A DNA stretch of 64,000 nt from Girardia tigrina (GCA_001938485.1 MQRK01221289.1:1-64000); one strand, 5' to 3'. Positions 9,911-25,912 are shown, numbered from the stretch's first letter. A program made the numbers and translations. Notes: generated by a model not told the origin, from the sequence alone.

Positions 9911-12900
9911 CTGGAACCAATAAACAAAGTCAAGTCAATATAGGTCCAATAAAAAGTGTGAGCTCCGATCCCGGACAGTTCGTTGTCATCCAATGAGGCG
10001 GTCATCGATAAAATAAATTTGATTTATAAAAGTACAAAAAGTCGGTGAAAAACAATTCAAGCGGTTTCGAAATTTATTTTTTCAAAAAACAAACTGTCGC
10101 GTTCCCATCTCTCAACAACATTTTCGTGGACTCTGAGCCACCTTCCGTTTTTAGAGTTCAACGGCAACTCCGATATATACTCTACACCTCTCCGTATTAA
10201 CGCTTGCTCACACTTAGGGAGCAGACGCGCCTCCTCCGCGCACATCAACGAGTTGTGTGTGCTTCAGAGCACCTTCGGGTTCGAACCAGCAACGGGTATT
10301 GCCCGGCTGGTGGTCTCGGCTTCCGAGAGGTTGATATTATTGTTCATGATCATTTGGAAGATTTTAACGTTAGTTACATCGAACGAAGAGAGCCTCAAAG
10401 AAATAAGAGACGATCGAACCACGTGCCCCTATGCATTCTGTGGCCGACCGGCGCCATCTCCAAAAAGTTCTTCGCCTTAGTCAAAGACTCAATTATTACT
10501 CATAATTTATATTTATTTCGTAAATACACTTGACTATATTTAGTTGGATGATATGTAACGATACTTTATTACGCTTGATAGTTTTTTATATTTGATTAGT
10601 TTCGATAGCTCTTTAGGTTTGACCGTACTCTTTTATCTTTACGAATTATTAAACCGAGAGATCGGAAGAACAAACAATCCAATCTCCTTTATCTGTCAAT
10701 TTTCTAACTCCTTCAACGACTTAGCTTTATACAATTTATATTTATCTAGATTTCATTTATTCTCCAGTCTGACGCCAATATTGTAGTTTAATGAGTCCTA
10801 TACTCGATCTCCATCTGAAGGTCTCGTCATTATTACTTGACTAACACCGAACTCAAAAGTGCTTCTCGTCTCAACATTAGGACTCAATTAACACAACAGC
10901 GAGACTTTAATAGAGGTTAGCTATGTAATCTCATTGACAGGAACGACAGGTGTACTAGAATCGGGTTAAGATTATATATCCCATTATTGAACACCTAATT
11001 CTATTCTTCTAACGAAAATATTTAGCGCTTTTCACCATATGAAATGACGACAGGTTATTGTTTAAACAATGAACAAGAATTATTTTAAATAAGGAACCAT
11101 TAGTCTATTATAAATCTTTACTCAAAGGTTTCTCAAGCAAAATAATAATAATAAAATAACCATTCGAAAGATGAAATAAAATTTTCAAGTTTTCCATACT
11201 ATATTTATTTATAAAATTACCATTATATAATTATCCATTCTAAAATAACTGAAATGATTCGAAATATTTTAGAAACATCCCTTTTAAATTTATGTTAAGA
11301 ATATTAAGAATAAATTTTTATTACACAATTACTTATTACAAAAAACACAAAATTCGAATTCTATACAAGAACAACATTTTTTACTTAAACTGTAACTATG
11401 TATTTGTTCATATTAAAAGCAGATGGAAAGAAATTATTTTACAAAAAAAAGAAAATATTTTTATGTCAATCTAACTTTATTCCGAAGTCTCGGAACAAAA
11501 AAAACAGTCATTAAAATTATTCTCAAGAAATAATTTTTAATTACATTGTCAGATTTGATCGAATATTTTATCTTTACAATTGTCCTAGTTTGAAATAAAT
11601 ATGAAATTATCTCAGATCACCTCTGACATTTTGTTACTAGAGAAATTTATTATAACGATTCTATTACATGAATGACAAACGTTATTTACAATTTTATTTA
11701 CAGCAAATGTAGGGGTTAATTAAAGAAATTCGATAAAATTTACTAGAGGAATTTATTATAAGATTACTTGACAGTACAACAAGAAACGGAATAATTGAAA
11801 TTCACATATCGATACGTATTTAAACTCATAAAGTGACTAAGCAAAATATTAGAGTAAGATGAAAGAAATAAATAAGTCAGACAAAAGGTTTCATTACACA
11901 AATGGTTATAACTGACCAACTTCATTAACATTCATAAAGTCGCAGTAATCAGGGTTCTCTTTGATTCAGCGGTTACTTCCGCCAATAAATATCATTATTA
12001 TGGCACCATTGCTTTCGTTAGCTTTTCACCATGAACACAATCAATCCTATATTATTCTGATTTACATCCTGCTTTGCGTTACAGCGTTTATTACCTCCGT
12101 ACTCTCATTATCTACCATTAAGACTTTCCTCAACAACGTTATCTAGATTTTCCAACAGTATCGTAACGCCGATACTAATAGTAATTGATTATTCCAGTTT
12201 CATTTGTTGTACAACCATTGAATCAAAGAATTGCCTCTGTGAGTAGGAATAGTTACATAATAAATATTGTAAATAAATATTATAAATACATACATAATAA
12301 ATACATTATAAATATTATAAATACTACCTGAAATAACTAAGATTACTTAGATAATAATTGTTGTGTGATTGCTGATGACATTGATTGTGTAAAGTCAGTT
12401 GTGATGATACAATAAAATGGGTTACTTGTCTGATGTTCAATGTATGCTGAATGTATGTTGATAGTATATGTTTGAGAGTGTAAACCAATGAAAAGGCTTT
12501 GAAAATGTGAATCATTATAACATCACTATTTTCCCCATTAAATAGTCGAGATTATGGATATTGTGTTATAATTAATAAATCTTAGAATCTGAATTAGTCA
12601 TTTTATTTTAAATGGATAACAGCCTCAACGAAGTATTTGATAATCAATTTCATTATTTAATTTCCTAAATCAATGCCTCGTCTCAACAAAATTTGATATT
12701 TAATGACAACGATTGCAACTATTTACAGTAAGGGAAATTGGAAATTAATATTTAAACTTAGAAGAAACTTATAAGGAATAAAATAAAAGAAAATACATAT
12801 GAAAGGAATGGACCAGCATGATATCTATATACTATTTACCAGGGGCTAACCGAACTACATTCCAACGAGTAATCTACTGCCTGGTCCAAGATGGTATCGG

Positions 12901-13245
12901 AGACCAGCTCTTACGACTTTCCTTTCTTTTAAAACTCTGTCACTAACCGATGACTCTCTCTGTCTGTTTAAAATTAAGTCGGTTAGCCTGGATAATTCGG
13001 CATCCATTGAAATATAATAAACAACTGACCCGCGGTAATATGTAGCTCTGGAGTAGTTCATGCCTTCCACCATAATTAAATATTATCTATTAAACTATGT
13101 ATTAAATGTAGCATAGTTATAACAAAATTATATAAATGATACCACAAATATATACATCAATAAATATTTACTAATTAACATTAACCCGTACCTGTAGAAT
13201 TAAAGAAATCTTCTTGAAATCGTGTAAAACGTAAATTAAAATAGT

Positions 13246-14300
13246 TGTAGAAATGGTAATTTGGCGTTTTGCCGTATAATTGTTATGCGAGAAAATTCGT
13301 TTTAATAAATATCGTCAAATAAATAAGACTGATTGGTGTGTCGTATTTTTGCAACTAGTTAAAATTGTCTGTCTTTTAACTAAGGATGTGCCGGGTATTT
13401 ATACCCGATTGGGTGCATGCGTTGTCCGAGGCGTTCAGGCATTCTGTGTGCGTACATTGAAATTAACTAAGGGCAAGATAGGAAAGGGTTATTGGATGAT
13501 AATAATCATTATAATAATTTCGCAATTTTTTATCTGGGTTATCTGATTGCAGGATATGGCGTGATTGCAATCAATCAGTTGTTTATGGCATTTACCATTC
13601 CGAAACGGGTGACATGCCTAGAGTAATTCGGGAGGCAGTTTAATTAGCTTATGCGGCGGCTTCACTATCCTCGTACCGGATGTTCAACTGGTGTTACTGT
13701 NNNNNNNNNNNNNNNNNNNNNNCCCTTTAGATATGTAAATCGTTTATTTATTTTAGGATATGCTGCATCCTACAATTCAAATCAGCGTCTGGTCTGTCGT
13801 CCTGTCGCTTGCTCTGCTCCAATTAGGTTGATTGCTGATTATACTGGGTTCTTGATGTTTACGTGTAAAGCATGCCTACCATTAATATACCATTTCTGTC
13901 TATCTATCTTCTTATTGAATATCATTTCAACCGGGTTCCTGTCAATTGTTTTTGAAGTGTCAAATTCAACGTGAATTCCACCTCTGAGAGCATATCTGAT
14001 CAAGTCGTCTCTTTCCTTTCTTTTAAACTTGCCTGTATATGCTCGCGTATAGTACGAAATTGTCCTTCCACCATGTCGTTTGTATTAAGTTGGTACGGGC
14101 TCGAGAATACTAATTGCATACATTCTTTAATATTTAATTCTTCTATCGCCTGCGATTCAAAACTTTTCCAGCAGATCACACGTATTTCTTTGGGAGAGCT
14201 AAATTTTAATATCCATTTTGTCAATATTGTTCGCAAAATCGTATGCTGATCTTGTCATTTGATTGCTGTCAAAATGATATGTTTGCTGGCCATTATATAC
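13246..14300 (-). mobile_element. Gypsy-type LTR retrotransposon 3' remnant (integrase fragment, PPT, putative 3' LTR)
   Basis: rve-like WILKFSSPKEI...SSPYQLNTNDMVEGQFRTI. Purine run before the gap at about 13725. Segment 13246-13700 has CCAAT, TATAAA and ATTAAA and ends in ...TACA. Confidence 0.65.
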
Positions 14301-14651
14301 TTTTCTTTAAATGAACATACGTATTCCTCGTTTGATTTTAATCTAATGGTTGGACCTGACCTAGATGTTCGAAAAAGCTTTCTCATAAAACAAATATAAA
14401 TAATCCATTAAATATAACAATTATTGAAGTTTATTTCTATTTCAAAATCCATGATAATGATTATCTCCAAATTTTTATAAAGATTTGAAGATACAAATTC
14501 AAACTGAAATAAATATTCTAATTTAGATGAATAATTAACAATATAAATACAAAAAACGGAAATATTGACGTACATATATTAAATTACGAAAATTGACCAG
14601 CAAAACTAAAATTAAAAAATTGTCGATATAGAAAACAACTATTCCTGCTTC

Positions 14652-14768
14652 CTATAACTTTGGCTTTAGTTTACCAACTACCGGTTTTTTCAGAAATTCT
14701 TTCCAATATTGAGGACGCTCAAATACATTTTTAGTTTCCAGCATTGCTTGATATAAATGCTCGTACAC
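14652..14768 (-). CDS. ACOX3: ACOX3 exon 13 (terminal)
   Basis: [38 protein letters not shown] followed by stop. Confidence 0.9.
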   Translation of the reverse strand: MYEHLYQAMLETKNVFERPQYWKEFLKKPVVGKLKPKL

Positions 14769-17700
14769 CTTTAAAATAAATTTGATTATTTCACATTATA
14801 TCTTTAATGAGAGATTCGAAACTATCTTTCTTAAAATATGGATCGTGAATTTCAGAACTACGGAAAATAATAAATGGATACAAAAAGATAAAAAACAGAT
14901 TTAAAATCATTTTAAATCCATTTAATTTATTAAAAAATAGTTTTTAGTAATATAATGTAAATCTTTTTATATTTTTTTAATAATTTTTTTGATAAAATAA
15001 TTTTAACTACCGTGTTTCCCCGAAAGTAAGACAGTATCTTACTTTCTTTTTATCCCTAAAAGCCCCACTATGTCTTACTTTCGGGGTATGTCTTATATTG
15101 GGAAAAAATTGTCAAATTTTTTGTTTTAACCATAAAATTAACATTTATTAACAACCTGAATAGTATTGTATTCACTACAAAATAGGTTAATAAAAGGAAG
15201 TGCCAAGAATGTCTTGTTACAACATTGCATAACATGTAAAAACAATGAAAAATGGTAAGAACGAACAGTGGAATACTGGAAGATAAAACAGATTTATTCT
15301 ATGACAACCATGTCATCATTCTCTGGGATATCATCATAAACATCCGCACTCTTAGGTTCCTGTGGATTTTCTTGGGACTCTCGGGACGACATTTCTTGGC
15401 GAATCATTGGCCAATATTTCTCATGAGTAGCAACGGCACTGTCCTGAAATGAGCAGGCTTTGTCCAGGTAGCCAGCTCGCAGTGCATTTGCAACGCAGGT
15501 GTTTGTGATCTTATTCCAAGAATTCTTTACCAAGTTAACAATCTCTGGCAGTCTGGGCTTCACAAAGTTCCCACATACATTTCTCTCCATTCGGTTTTCA
15601 ATGTAGTCATTGATTTCCACACGCAGATAGTCCTTGAACGGCTTGTTAATGGCGATATCGAGAGTCTGAAGATAAGCCGTCATCCCTGCAGGAATCATGA
15701 TTTGGTCAATTCTCCACTCATGAAGGAAGTTTTTCATGGTTTTAGCACGGTGTGTGCTGGCTGCATCCCAGATCAGCATCCCTCTTTTGTTCCCGCGCAT
15801 TACAAGCGACAACATTAAATCAAGCCACTTTCTTATAACATCGTGTGTGGCCCAGGCTTTTTCAGTTTCCAGCAAATAAATGCCAGAAACCCGCTCAATC
15901 TTCTCCTTCTTGCCCTTTGCAATGAGTAGCGGTGTTGCTTTAGTGCCATCCAGACGAATCGTCAAAATGCAGGTGAAACGTGTACTTTCATAAGCGGTGG
16001 AGGGAACGTACACTGAGGAGGTACCTCGTTGATCAATGGTGGTTTGTGCCGCTTGGCCCATGAACACGGCAGTTTCATCCATGGCGATCATGTTGCAAAG
16101 ACNNNNNNNNNNNNNNNNNNNNNNNNNNNNNNNNNNNNNNNNNNNNNNNNNNTCATCCATGGCGATCATGTTGCAAAGACTGTATTTAGAGAAGTCAATG
16201 TCATCCACAAACTTCTTGTAGGCTAATGCACGTTTAACAATCTCAGCATCTTCCAATCTAAAGAGGGTTGTAGATCTTCTCAAAGACAGGTCATTGCGTT
16301 CAAGAAAGTTATCCACCCAGTGCTGTGATACCTTGAATTGTTCAGGAGAAATGTCAAACTGTGGCAACACTGCAAGGGCATATTCCTGAATCTGAGCCCT
16401 GGTCACCACCAATGTCTTTGCTCTCCTGTCTGCAACCCACTCAGAGACCAGGCTTTCCAGCTATGTATACATTGGTTGCCGACCACATCCAATCTTGCAG
16501 TTTTTAGCCATTCCGCTCTCCACTTTTTCACTCAGGTTAGTGTGTTCTGCACGCCATTTTTGGACCAGTCGGTGATCCAACATTTTCTCCTTGCAGAACT
16601 GCACTACATTTTGCCCCAAGATTCTTCAACAATCGCTTTTTTATACTCCACTGTGTAACTCTTCCTTTTACCATTGGAACCGGAAGCGCTCATGTCTAGG
16701 GGCTAAAATATAAAACATATGGTATAAGCACTGCTTGTGGTTCCGTATCACAGTCTCCAATAAGGTTACAGCCCCATACAGTATCCCACACAGCGTGTTT
16801 TGTATGTTGTCCGGTAACACCCCCAAACATCGCCCCCGCATTTTTGGAGGGAAGTTTGGCGGGAAAATTAGGAGGAATTTTGGCGGGAATGATAACAATT
16901 TAAAAAAATTATGCAAAAAATTGTAAAATAAACATAGTGAAAAAAATAGAAAAAATTTTAATTAAAAATAGAAGCAATAATATTTCATTAAAAAATACAA
17001 AAAATAAAAATTAATTAAAAATATATAATGCATTAAAAAACGAACAATCTTTTAAAGAAACGAATTTCATATATAAAATAGTTTTAAAATATATATATTC
17101 ATTGAAAATATAAAAAGATAAATATAAACAAAGTAAAATTAAAGATAGCGATACTTGTTTGAAAAAANNNNNNNNNNNNNNNNNNNNNNNNNNNNNNNNN
17201 NNNNNNNNNNNNNNNNNNNNNNNNNNNNNNNNNNNNNNNNNNNNNNNNNNNNNNNNNNNNNNNNNNNNNNNNNNNNNNNNNNNNNNNNNNNNNNNNNNAA
17301 AAATTGAATTTATCAAATGCAGTGGAATTTAAATCTAATCATTTTTAATGTAAGAATGGCTTGGAAAAACTAGTAATTTTACTTTTTATATATAAATAAT
17401 TTATTTTGCACCTCACTCTATTTTCGCTACCTTGTTCTTTCGCATGTTTTTAATTTTTTTTCTGTAATATATTGTAAATAAATGTATTTTAACATACCAT
17501 TCAAACATTTCATTTATATTATTTATTTTTGTTCTGTGAATTGTTACTTTTTTGCGTTCGATTTTTAAATTGGATGTTGTGGTTGTATCTTGCAAAATAA
17601 TGTTTTATATATTACTTCTTTTTTTTCAATTTTTTTTATAAAACAATGATTTGCCTTACTTTTTTAGAGTAATGTGTTTTTAATTGAATGTTTTTTCATT

Positions 17701-20700
17701 ATTTATTTTAATTAAGTATTTTTCATTATATTTTTAATCATATAATATTTTTCCATTTTATTTTTAATTTAAATCTTTTTTTTATATTTTTTCATTGATT
17801 TTTCTCATACATTATTTGCACATTTTGTTTTTTTCAACACGTTGTTTTTTTATTGATTTTTCATTCTTATCATTCCCGCCAAATCTCCCTCCAATCTTCC
17901 CACCAAAAATGCGTGGGCGATGTTTGGGGGGGTTACAGTTGACCATGATCCTGATGGACCACGGAAAACATTATTGCTGCTCCAGCAGAGGAGAACTGTA
18001 AGCCCACACAGCCCGGTATGTTGGGACTTGTAGTCCTCCTCAGCTGCATCTTGCGGTTACAATAAGAGCTGCAGAGAATCTCTTCACNNNNNNNNNNNNN
18101 NNNNNNNNNNNNNNNNNNNNNNNNNNNNNNNNNNNNNNNNNNNNNNNNNNNNNNNNNNNNNNNNNNNNNNNNNNNNNNNNNNNNNNNNNNNNNNNNNNNN
18201 NNNNNNNNNNNNNNNNNNNNNNNNNNNNNNNNNNNNNNNNNNNNNNNNNNNNNNNNNNCAGCCCCACTCTTTGTACCGCACGTCACTGGAGGCAAATCCC
18301 CCCGTGTTTCCCCGAAAGTAAGACATATGTCTTACTTTCGGGGTACGGCTTATATTAGCTGACCCTTCTGAAACTCCCGATACGTCTTACAATCGTGGGT
18401 GTCTTACTATCTGGGAAACACGGTATTATTTATTATTTTTGAATCTTATTATAAACAATAAAAATTATTTAAGTTTTTATTTAAACTTTTTATTATTATT
18501 TTTATAAATCTCTTTTAATTTCTAAAAATAAATTTTTATTATTAATAAAGAAACTATTAAAGTATTGTTAAAAAAATTTTTAAATTTAAAAATAAAAAAA
18601 AGATTTACAACAAAATATATTTACAATTTTAATAAAATTATACATAAAAAATAATAAAAATTTTAATAAAATATATTATTATGAATTAATTTAATCTCGT
18701 AAACGCTAGTTTGATTTCGTTTACAAACAATTTGATTAAAGCACTTTTTATTATTCCGGACATGTTTTGATGTATTTTCATATCATTTCCAGTGATTTTT
18801 AATTGTAATCTTAAATTTCCTATAATTGGAAACATAATTTAATTTTACTCTAAATTTAAATGATATTATGCTTTTAATTTACTATAATTTACTTTAAAAG
18901 TTACTATAAATGGTAACAAAATTTAAATTATTTAAATTTAAAAGATATTGGTCAAAATTTCGAATTTTAAATTTATTAAAGATATTTAAAATTGAGGTGG
19001 CTTTACTTTTTGAATGTTCCTTATTGGATAAACAATTCGCAGCCGAGTCGATCGAGTAAAGTTCTTGATCATTGCATATGTTGTAAGGATAGAAGCTCAC
19101 CGATTACGAGAGATGAGATCTCCATTTTACAGACAAATTTTGATTCACACTACGAACTGCAGTTTTGTGAATCATTGTTGAATAAATAGTAATTAAACAA
19201 ATAACACAAAACAGTATAATCAATTTCAAATCAGTTAAATTTATTATTATTAAAATGCGGGATTTTTGAAAGAAATAACCGCTATATTGTAAGACTGTAA
19301 CATATATTTTATGAGTGATTAATAGAATTGACAAATAGATTTGTTAGATTGAGTTGAAAACTATTGTGATTCCAATTTTTATTCTACAAAAGAAAAATCG
19401 AGCTGAAAATAAAAGGTGTCATATTGCTTAATCTAATGCAAATGGAATGAAATTTTAAAGAAAACGCTACTTAAAAAGTTGAAGACGATTTATTTTTGTA
19501 GTATGAGCACTTATGAAGAAAAGACTTACCTATTTCTGTACCAATATTTCAAAGAAAAGCATTGGAAATTTAGTTCTACACAGAATGAGAAAATTCAGAA
19601 TATCTTGTCAGTAATGGATTGTAGAAAAAACAGAAATTTTTATAGAAGAAATTTTTTGAAAGCAGTTGTAGAACAATCTGCGATGGGACCGCTTAAAAAT
19701 AAAAGATGCTCATTAGAAAAAGTTTTGCATAAAAGAAAAGTAAAAAACGAGTCCCAATCTCGGCTTGTAAAAATTAAACTGACAACCACGACTGGCAATG
19801 GGAGTAGAGGGTCGCATATTAAGCATGATAATGGATTTTCATGAAGGATTTATAGGAAGTGTTGGTAAGAGCATTTTCACAATGGAGAAAGGATTCCGAC
19901 AAGGTTGCGTACTCGGTCCGTTACTATTCAACCTAGTATTCGACTGTGCAATCAAAACTGCTATCCAAGAAGGATTAAGTAGAGGCGTGAACGTCAAATG
20001 AAAAGACGGAGAAACACTAACTATAAACAGTCTGGCATATGCTGACGATCTTTGTTTACTGGACGAGGATAACGGAAACATAGAGAAAAACCTAACATGC
20101 CTAAATACTGTGTTTCTGAGAATCGGGCTGAAGATCAACATTGGGAAGACGAATATCCTTAATCTCAATGGAGCCAGATATGCAACGGCAGGGAAAGAAA
20201 TGAGTGCAGGTGTAGAATGGGTGGACGAGTTCTGCTACCTAGGTTCGATCATCGAGAAGGGAGGAGGATCAGGAGCAGACATCAAAGCAAGAATCAAGAA
20301 AGGAACGATAAAGCTGAGAACGATCAGACCAATATTGAAGAACAACAAGTTGTCCCTCCGAAACAAAAAGAACATCATCGCAAGTTGTGTATTCCTTGTC
20401 GTATACTACAGCTGTGAAAACTGGAGGACAAATGTAGAGCACGCAAAGAAGCTTAAAGCATTTCACAATTAGTGTACCAGAAGAACGCTGGGAATATCGA
20501 AAGTGGAGAGGATTAAAATGGACGAGTTATCCATTGGACTACCGAATCCAATTGATATACTATCAAGAAGAAGAATTATTCACAATGTGAAGATCGAGAA
20601 GAATGAATGTTCAATAATGGTATAGCAAATCTACGAATGCGAACTTATCGGAGGGAAAAATATAAGCGGACGACGGAAGCAACATCTGGATGAATGTCTC

Positions 20701-23700
20701 AGGGTGGATATGCACTGGTTCTTCGGAGACCAGTATAGCATTAATGATTTTTGTAGAGTCATTCAGAAGGAGAACTTACTAACAACAGAGGCAAGAATAG
20801 AGAAAGACATCAAGCTAAAGAAAGTGGAGAGAAGAGGAGATGAGAACACGATGCAATTAATTCTCCCACGACTCAAAGAACACAGCTGCCCGATGGAAGA
20901 CTGCTATCGTCAATTCGCGGAGATCAAAGAATTGAACAGACATCTCCGATGGGATCATATCGGAGCAGAGCCAATACCGAGAAAACAGAGACAGAAGACA
21001 GCCCAGTCACGACAGAAGGAGTATACAAGTGCTTTCACTGCCCAAAAGAATACAACTGTGCAGGATTGCTGAAGAACCACTTACAGAAGAATCGCCGAGA
21101 AGAACCAGAGCAATCCAACATCTAGAGAGACGATAACTTGGTAAGAGAGGAAGAGGAAAATCCGACAACAATCCAATCGAACCCTCAGTTTCTGGACGCA
21201 ACTGTGGGTATGCCGGGGACGCAGAACAACACTGGAGAAACACATAGAGACTACCGATTACCTGACATGAAAGCAAAAGGAAAATTTCAGTGTACATTTC
21301 GCGGTTGTTACGCGTCTACAGTAACAGCTAAAGGCATGTATGGCCAAGGTACCAAGTTCCATGGTTGGTCATTCTTCACTGGAAAGCCGACTGCTCAGAG
21401 GTGGAAAGCCAGTGACCTCGTAGGAGGCCTATCGGGGGGCCCTCAAGGACTTTAGCTTGGGTGGACCCTCTAAAGAGCTTTAGGCTCAATACCATTGAAA
21501 GAGATGGGAGGCCCACCCCGACAAAATGCGCTAAAGGGGATTGCATGTTTTTGAAATATTTTTATAATTAATTCGTTAATGATAAAAACATTTTTGAAAT
21601 ATAAATTTAATATAATGGACCGAAAGATAAAAAAAACAAATTTATTATCAATTTAACAATTATCTAACAGGCACAATCTAAATTCCACTAAATATACGAC
21701 TTATAGTTTGCTCTGTCAAGTCATGTTCACGATGGAAATGATCGACCAATGTGTAAATGGTAGGATGGATAACAAGCAACAGATGACTGAAATACATTAT
21801 GTCAACCTTCAACTGAATTATTTTCAAAAACATTTATTTTACAATTACTTTTAGCATTAACGAATTAATAATAAAAAAATTTCCAAAAAATGTATGCAAT
21901 CCCCTTTTAGCTCATTTGTACCGGCGCACATTTGTCGAATCACCGATAAATTCAAATACTTTCTAATTTTTTGTTTTTCATTTTTTTTTATTTAAATCAG
22001 AAATAACACATTCAAAATAAATCTTCTAATTCATCATAATCAGTTATATACTGTGGATAAATCGGTTTTTTACATAATTTATCAATATATTTTTCATCAT
22101 CAAAATATTTTTAATACTCTGATGTATCATCAGCATCGAAAAAATCTTTTTCAAAACTGATATATCGTGTACCATCATCTTCAATTTCTTTAATTATAAA
22201 CTGTTCTTCATATATTAAAACGTTTTACACGTGTTTTGGATGGGATGTTCCTTCAATATTTTTTGGTCTTTAACATACGTGGTGTGCCCAATAAGTACCC
22301 GGACTATCTATGATAGAATATTTTTTGATAAATATTTTTGTTATCATGACTTGTATAAATAATGATAGGTTATTGGTATATTTTTTGTTTTATTGAATTA
22401 TTCTTTATTTGTTTTGCAGAGGGTCATTTCAAAATGTTACCCGAGTCATGCTACATCTAGTAGAATATCGTAGTGTAATAAAATTCTTCATTTTCCGAGG
22501 TGAGAAGAATGAAAAAAAATTAACTCAGTTGATGGAAACTTATGGGAATACTTGCCCTTCACGCACTGCCATCTACCATTGGATTAGTCAGTTTAGACAT
22601 GGACGAGAATCAGTGTTTGATGATGAAAATTGTGGGCGCCCATGTGAAATTTCTAACGAAAAGAAAGGGAAGTGTGCCAGGATTGTGAGGGAGGAGCGAT
22701 GAATTATCACAAGAAAGCTATCGGATATATTGAATGTAAGTAAAGGAAGCGTGGGAACTATTTTGAGTGATTTTGGAATTCGGAAATTGACATCCAGATT
22801 TGTTCCATGCTTCCTAACCATGGATATGTGTCAAAACAGCCTGGAATGCTGCTCCACAAATTTTCGCTTCTTTGATGAGCATGGAGATAATTTCTTGAAG
22901 AATATTATTAGCACTGAGGATGAAACACCACTGTCATTGTATCTTCCAGAGTCTAAAAGAGAATCGGCCGAATGGAAATTTCCCGGTGAATCTGTTTCCA
23001 AGAAGCTCCGATCTGGCACATCCTATCGGAAATCCATGATGCTGAGCATTTTTTGGGATTACACTGGTGTCTTATTAGTCGATTTTGCTGGAAAAGGTAT
23101 TCACATAAACTCCACGTAGTATAGTGATCTTATTCAGAAGTGTAGGCGTGCTCGACGAAAGCCACGTGACTATTACAAAATAATGCTCCTATTCACAAAA
23201 GTGCTGAAACAATGGAAACAATTTCGAAAAGTGGATTTGTGTCGCTGGATCACCCTCCATACAGTCCGGATCTCACACCAAGTGATTTTTACCTATTTAG
23301 TAACATGAAAAGACATTTGAGAGGCTAAAAGTTTGAAAATGCTGATGATCTGCGTCAGTGCGTGGACGATTTCTTGAAGGAGCAGCCACCAATTTTCTAC
23401 AAAAATGTTTTGTTGGAACATGTTTATCGTTGGAAGAAGTGTGTAGCTAATGAAGGGTCTTATGTTGAGAAATAGTACCTTCATATGATTAGTGTTCCTG
23501 TGTTGTAATATGAGGCTCTTGTTATTTTGCTTTCTTACTTAGTCCAGGTACTTATTGGACACACCACGTACATTACAAATTGTAAGATAAAATTAGAAAA
23601 AAATGAAATTTTAAATGATATGAATTATGTTTTTTATTTTTCAAATATATATAGCAAAGTGAATTGCTAAAATCTATTAAATATTTTTGTTCGAAATAAT

Positions 23701-25863
23701 TTACATCATCGTTGTAATCTTTAATTTTCTATATTCTTATTTATTATTCTGAATTGCAGTATATTCTTTTCTTGGTACCGGAAGAATGATTTCATGTTAA
23801 GAAGTTCTTTTGTGCTGGCTTGTGGAATGTTGATCTTTATAAATGTGAAGTTGCTGAATATTTTTTTACAAACATCGCATAAAACTTTTTGCTTGTTTTA
23901 TAAGGGTTTTGATGAACGCTTCGCAATTAATGGTTCATCAAAAGGAATAGTTTTTTTGCTAAAAAAATTCTACCGCTCATTTTTTGTATGAAACTTTTAA
24001 AGTTTTAAAAAATTAATAACACTAAATATCGACATTTTAAAACTTTTAAAATAAAATTTCTTAATTCTTTATTAAATTTTATAATTTTAAAAGTTATAAA
24101 AATATTAGACCATCATTAATGTTTTTTTGCATTAAAAAAACTTAAACATGTTATTGATTAATGTAAGGTACTAACTGAATATGTTACAAGTTTAAAAGTT
24201 AAAAAAGAGGGTTAATCGATTTTAAATCAAATTTTAAATAAGTGACCTAATCACTTTTATTTTGAATTAACTTAGTTTAATTTATTCCCTTAAAGTAATT
24301 TCTCAAAATAAATATCGAATATAAATATTATTTTAATATCTTATTATATTAAAAAATAAACAAAGACTAAATATATTCCTTAAGAAGATTCTAAAAGACA
24401 ACTTCTTCCTAATAGTAAACAAAATATATGTTACTTTTAATATTCAATAAATTGGTTTTACCTGACCATCAGAAATTCCCAAAGGAGAATTTATCATGAA
24501 ATCAGTGAAGCCAAATGAATCGACCAATGAAACAGCATCAACTTTAATGTCAAAGCATAGCTGAAGAATAGCCTTTTTTATCATTTCAGCTGGTTGAGGA
24601 CCATGAATGTAACCATCTAGGAACAAAAAGTTGGAGAGTAACATTTAATAAGATTATTGAATACGTTGATATAGAAAAGCTGAATGTTTATTCAAGCTCC
24701 ATAATCCATATAGAGCACTTAGACGCTGCAAAACTGGGGCCAATTCTTCAGGAACATTTGGTAAATGAACAAAACGATCAAATTTTTGAATAATATATCT
24801 CTGAGAACAAAAATAATTTTAATGATAAATTGAGAGTTTGAATGATACGGGAAGCAAAAATTAATTAATAAGAAAAATATTAGTTAAATTTATTTTTTTA
24901 ATAATTCATTTTTATAATGCTCTAATTGTCTGCTATATATTTTTTCCGATTATATTTCTCAAGCGCCTCATTGTCCGATTGAACTAAAAAATTGCAAACT
25001 TATTAATCTTCGATTACATTGTATAAATCAATTAAAAGATTAACGAACTAATTGATTATTTAGTCATTTTCTGCAAAAAATGTTTTACGATTATCCTAAA
25101 ATGTTTTTTATAAATTAAATAAAAATAAATGTTCTAATTTTATGAATTATTAGTTTTTAGGCTGATGCATCAATTTCATATGATTTAGAGAGTAATCCAC
25201 ATAATAGTATAAAGTTATTAGTTAACCCAGTGTATCGCAAACTGTGTGCCGCGTCAAATTTTCGGTGTACCGCCGAGAGATTCCGGAATTCACTATTTTT
25301 CTAGTATGAGATTTTTTAAGCCTCTCCCGACTGTTACGGATAACTGTGTATTATAATAGTATCAGATTACCTTACTCATGCTTAATATTTCAGTTTTTAG
25401 AATTCGAATTTCCGGTTCTTAGTTTAAATAAAAATATAACAAGAGCTTCAATGACTCAGCGATTTGTTGAGTTTTTCATCGATGTTAACATATCACATAG
25501 TTTTTTGAGTTTAGCCCATGTAAGGCCTGTGAATATCTTCAATTGTTCTTCTGATAATGAGTGGTCTCTAATTTTAACAATTAAAGATGAATCACTATCA
25601 ATAGCCAGTTATCCGAGTAATTTATCTATATTCAAACCTTCAATCTAAAAGATGCAACATGTGACTTTTTGAACTGACAGAATGTAAAAATCAGAAAACA
25701 ACCAAAGTTCATGTGATTAAATTATTAAATCAAAAACTTCAGTCGATCGATTAAAAATGATAAGCAAGAGATAAAGAAGTAAAAGAAGACAAACAAGAAA
25801 AAAACTGAATTTCTAACTTAAAGGATTTTGATTCGTTATCGAAAATCTTGTTAATAAATACAT

Positions 25864-25912
<49 letters not shown>

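Noticed and set aside
10000-11050. GC-richer coding-like stretch with short ORFs
   Set aside because: No recognisable motif in any frame; likely a decayed TE that I cannot classify.
16075-16180. Apparent duplication of LCNMIAMD in the pogo transposase
   Set aside because: The same 28 bp flank both sides of an N gap, which indicates an unmerged contig overlap rather than biology.
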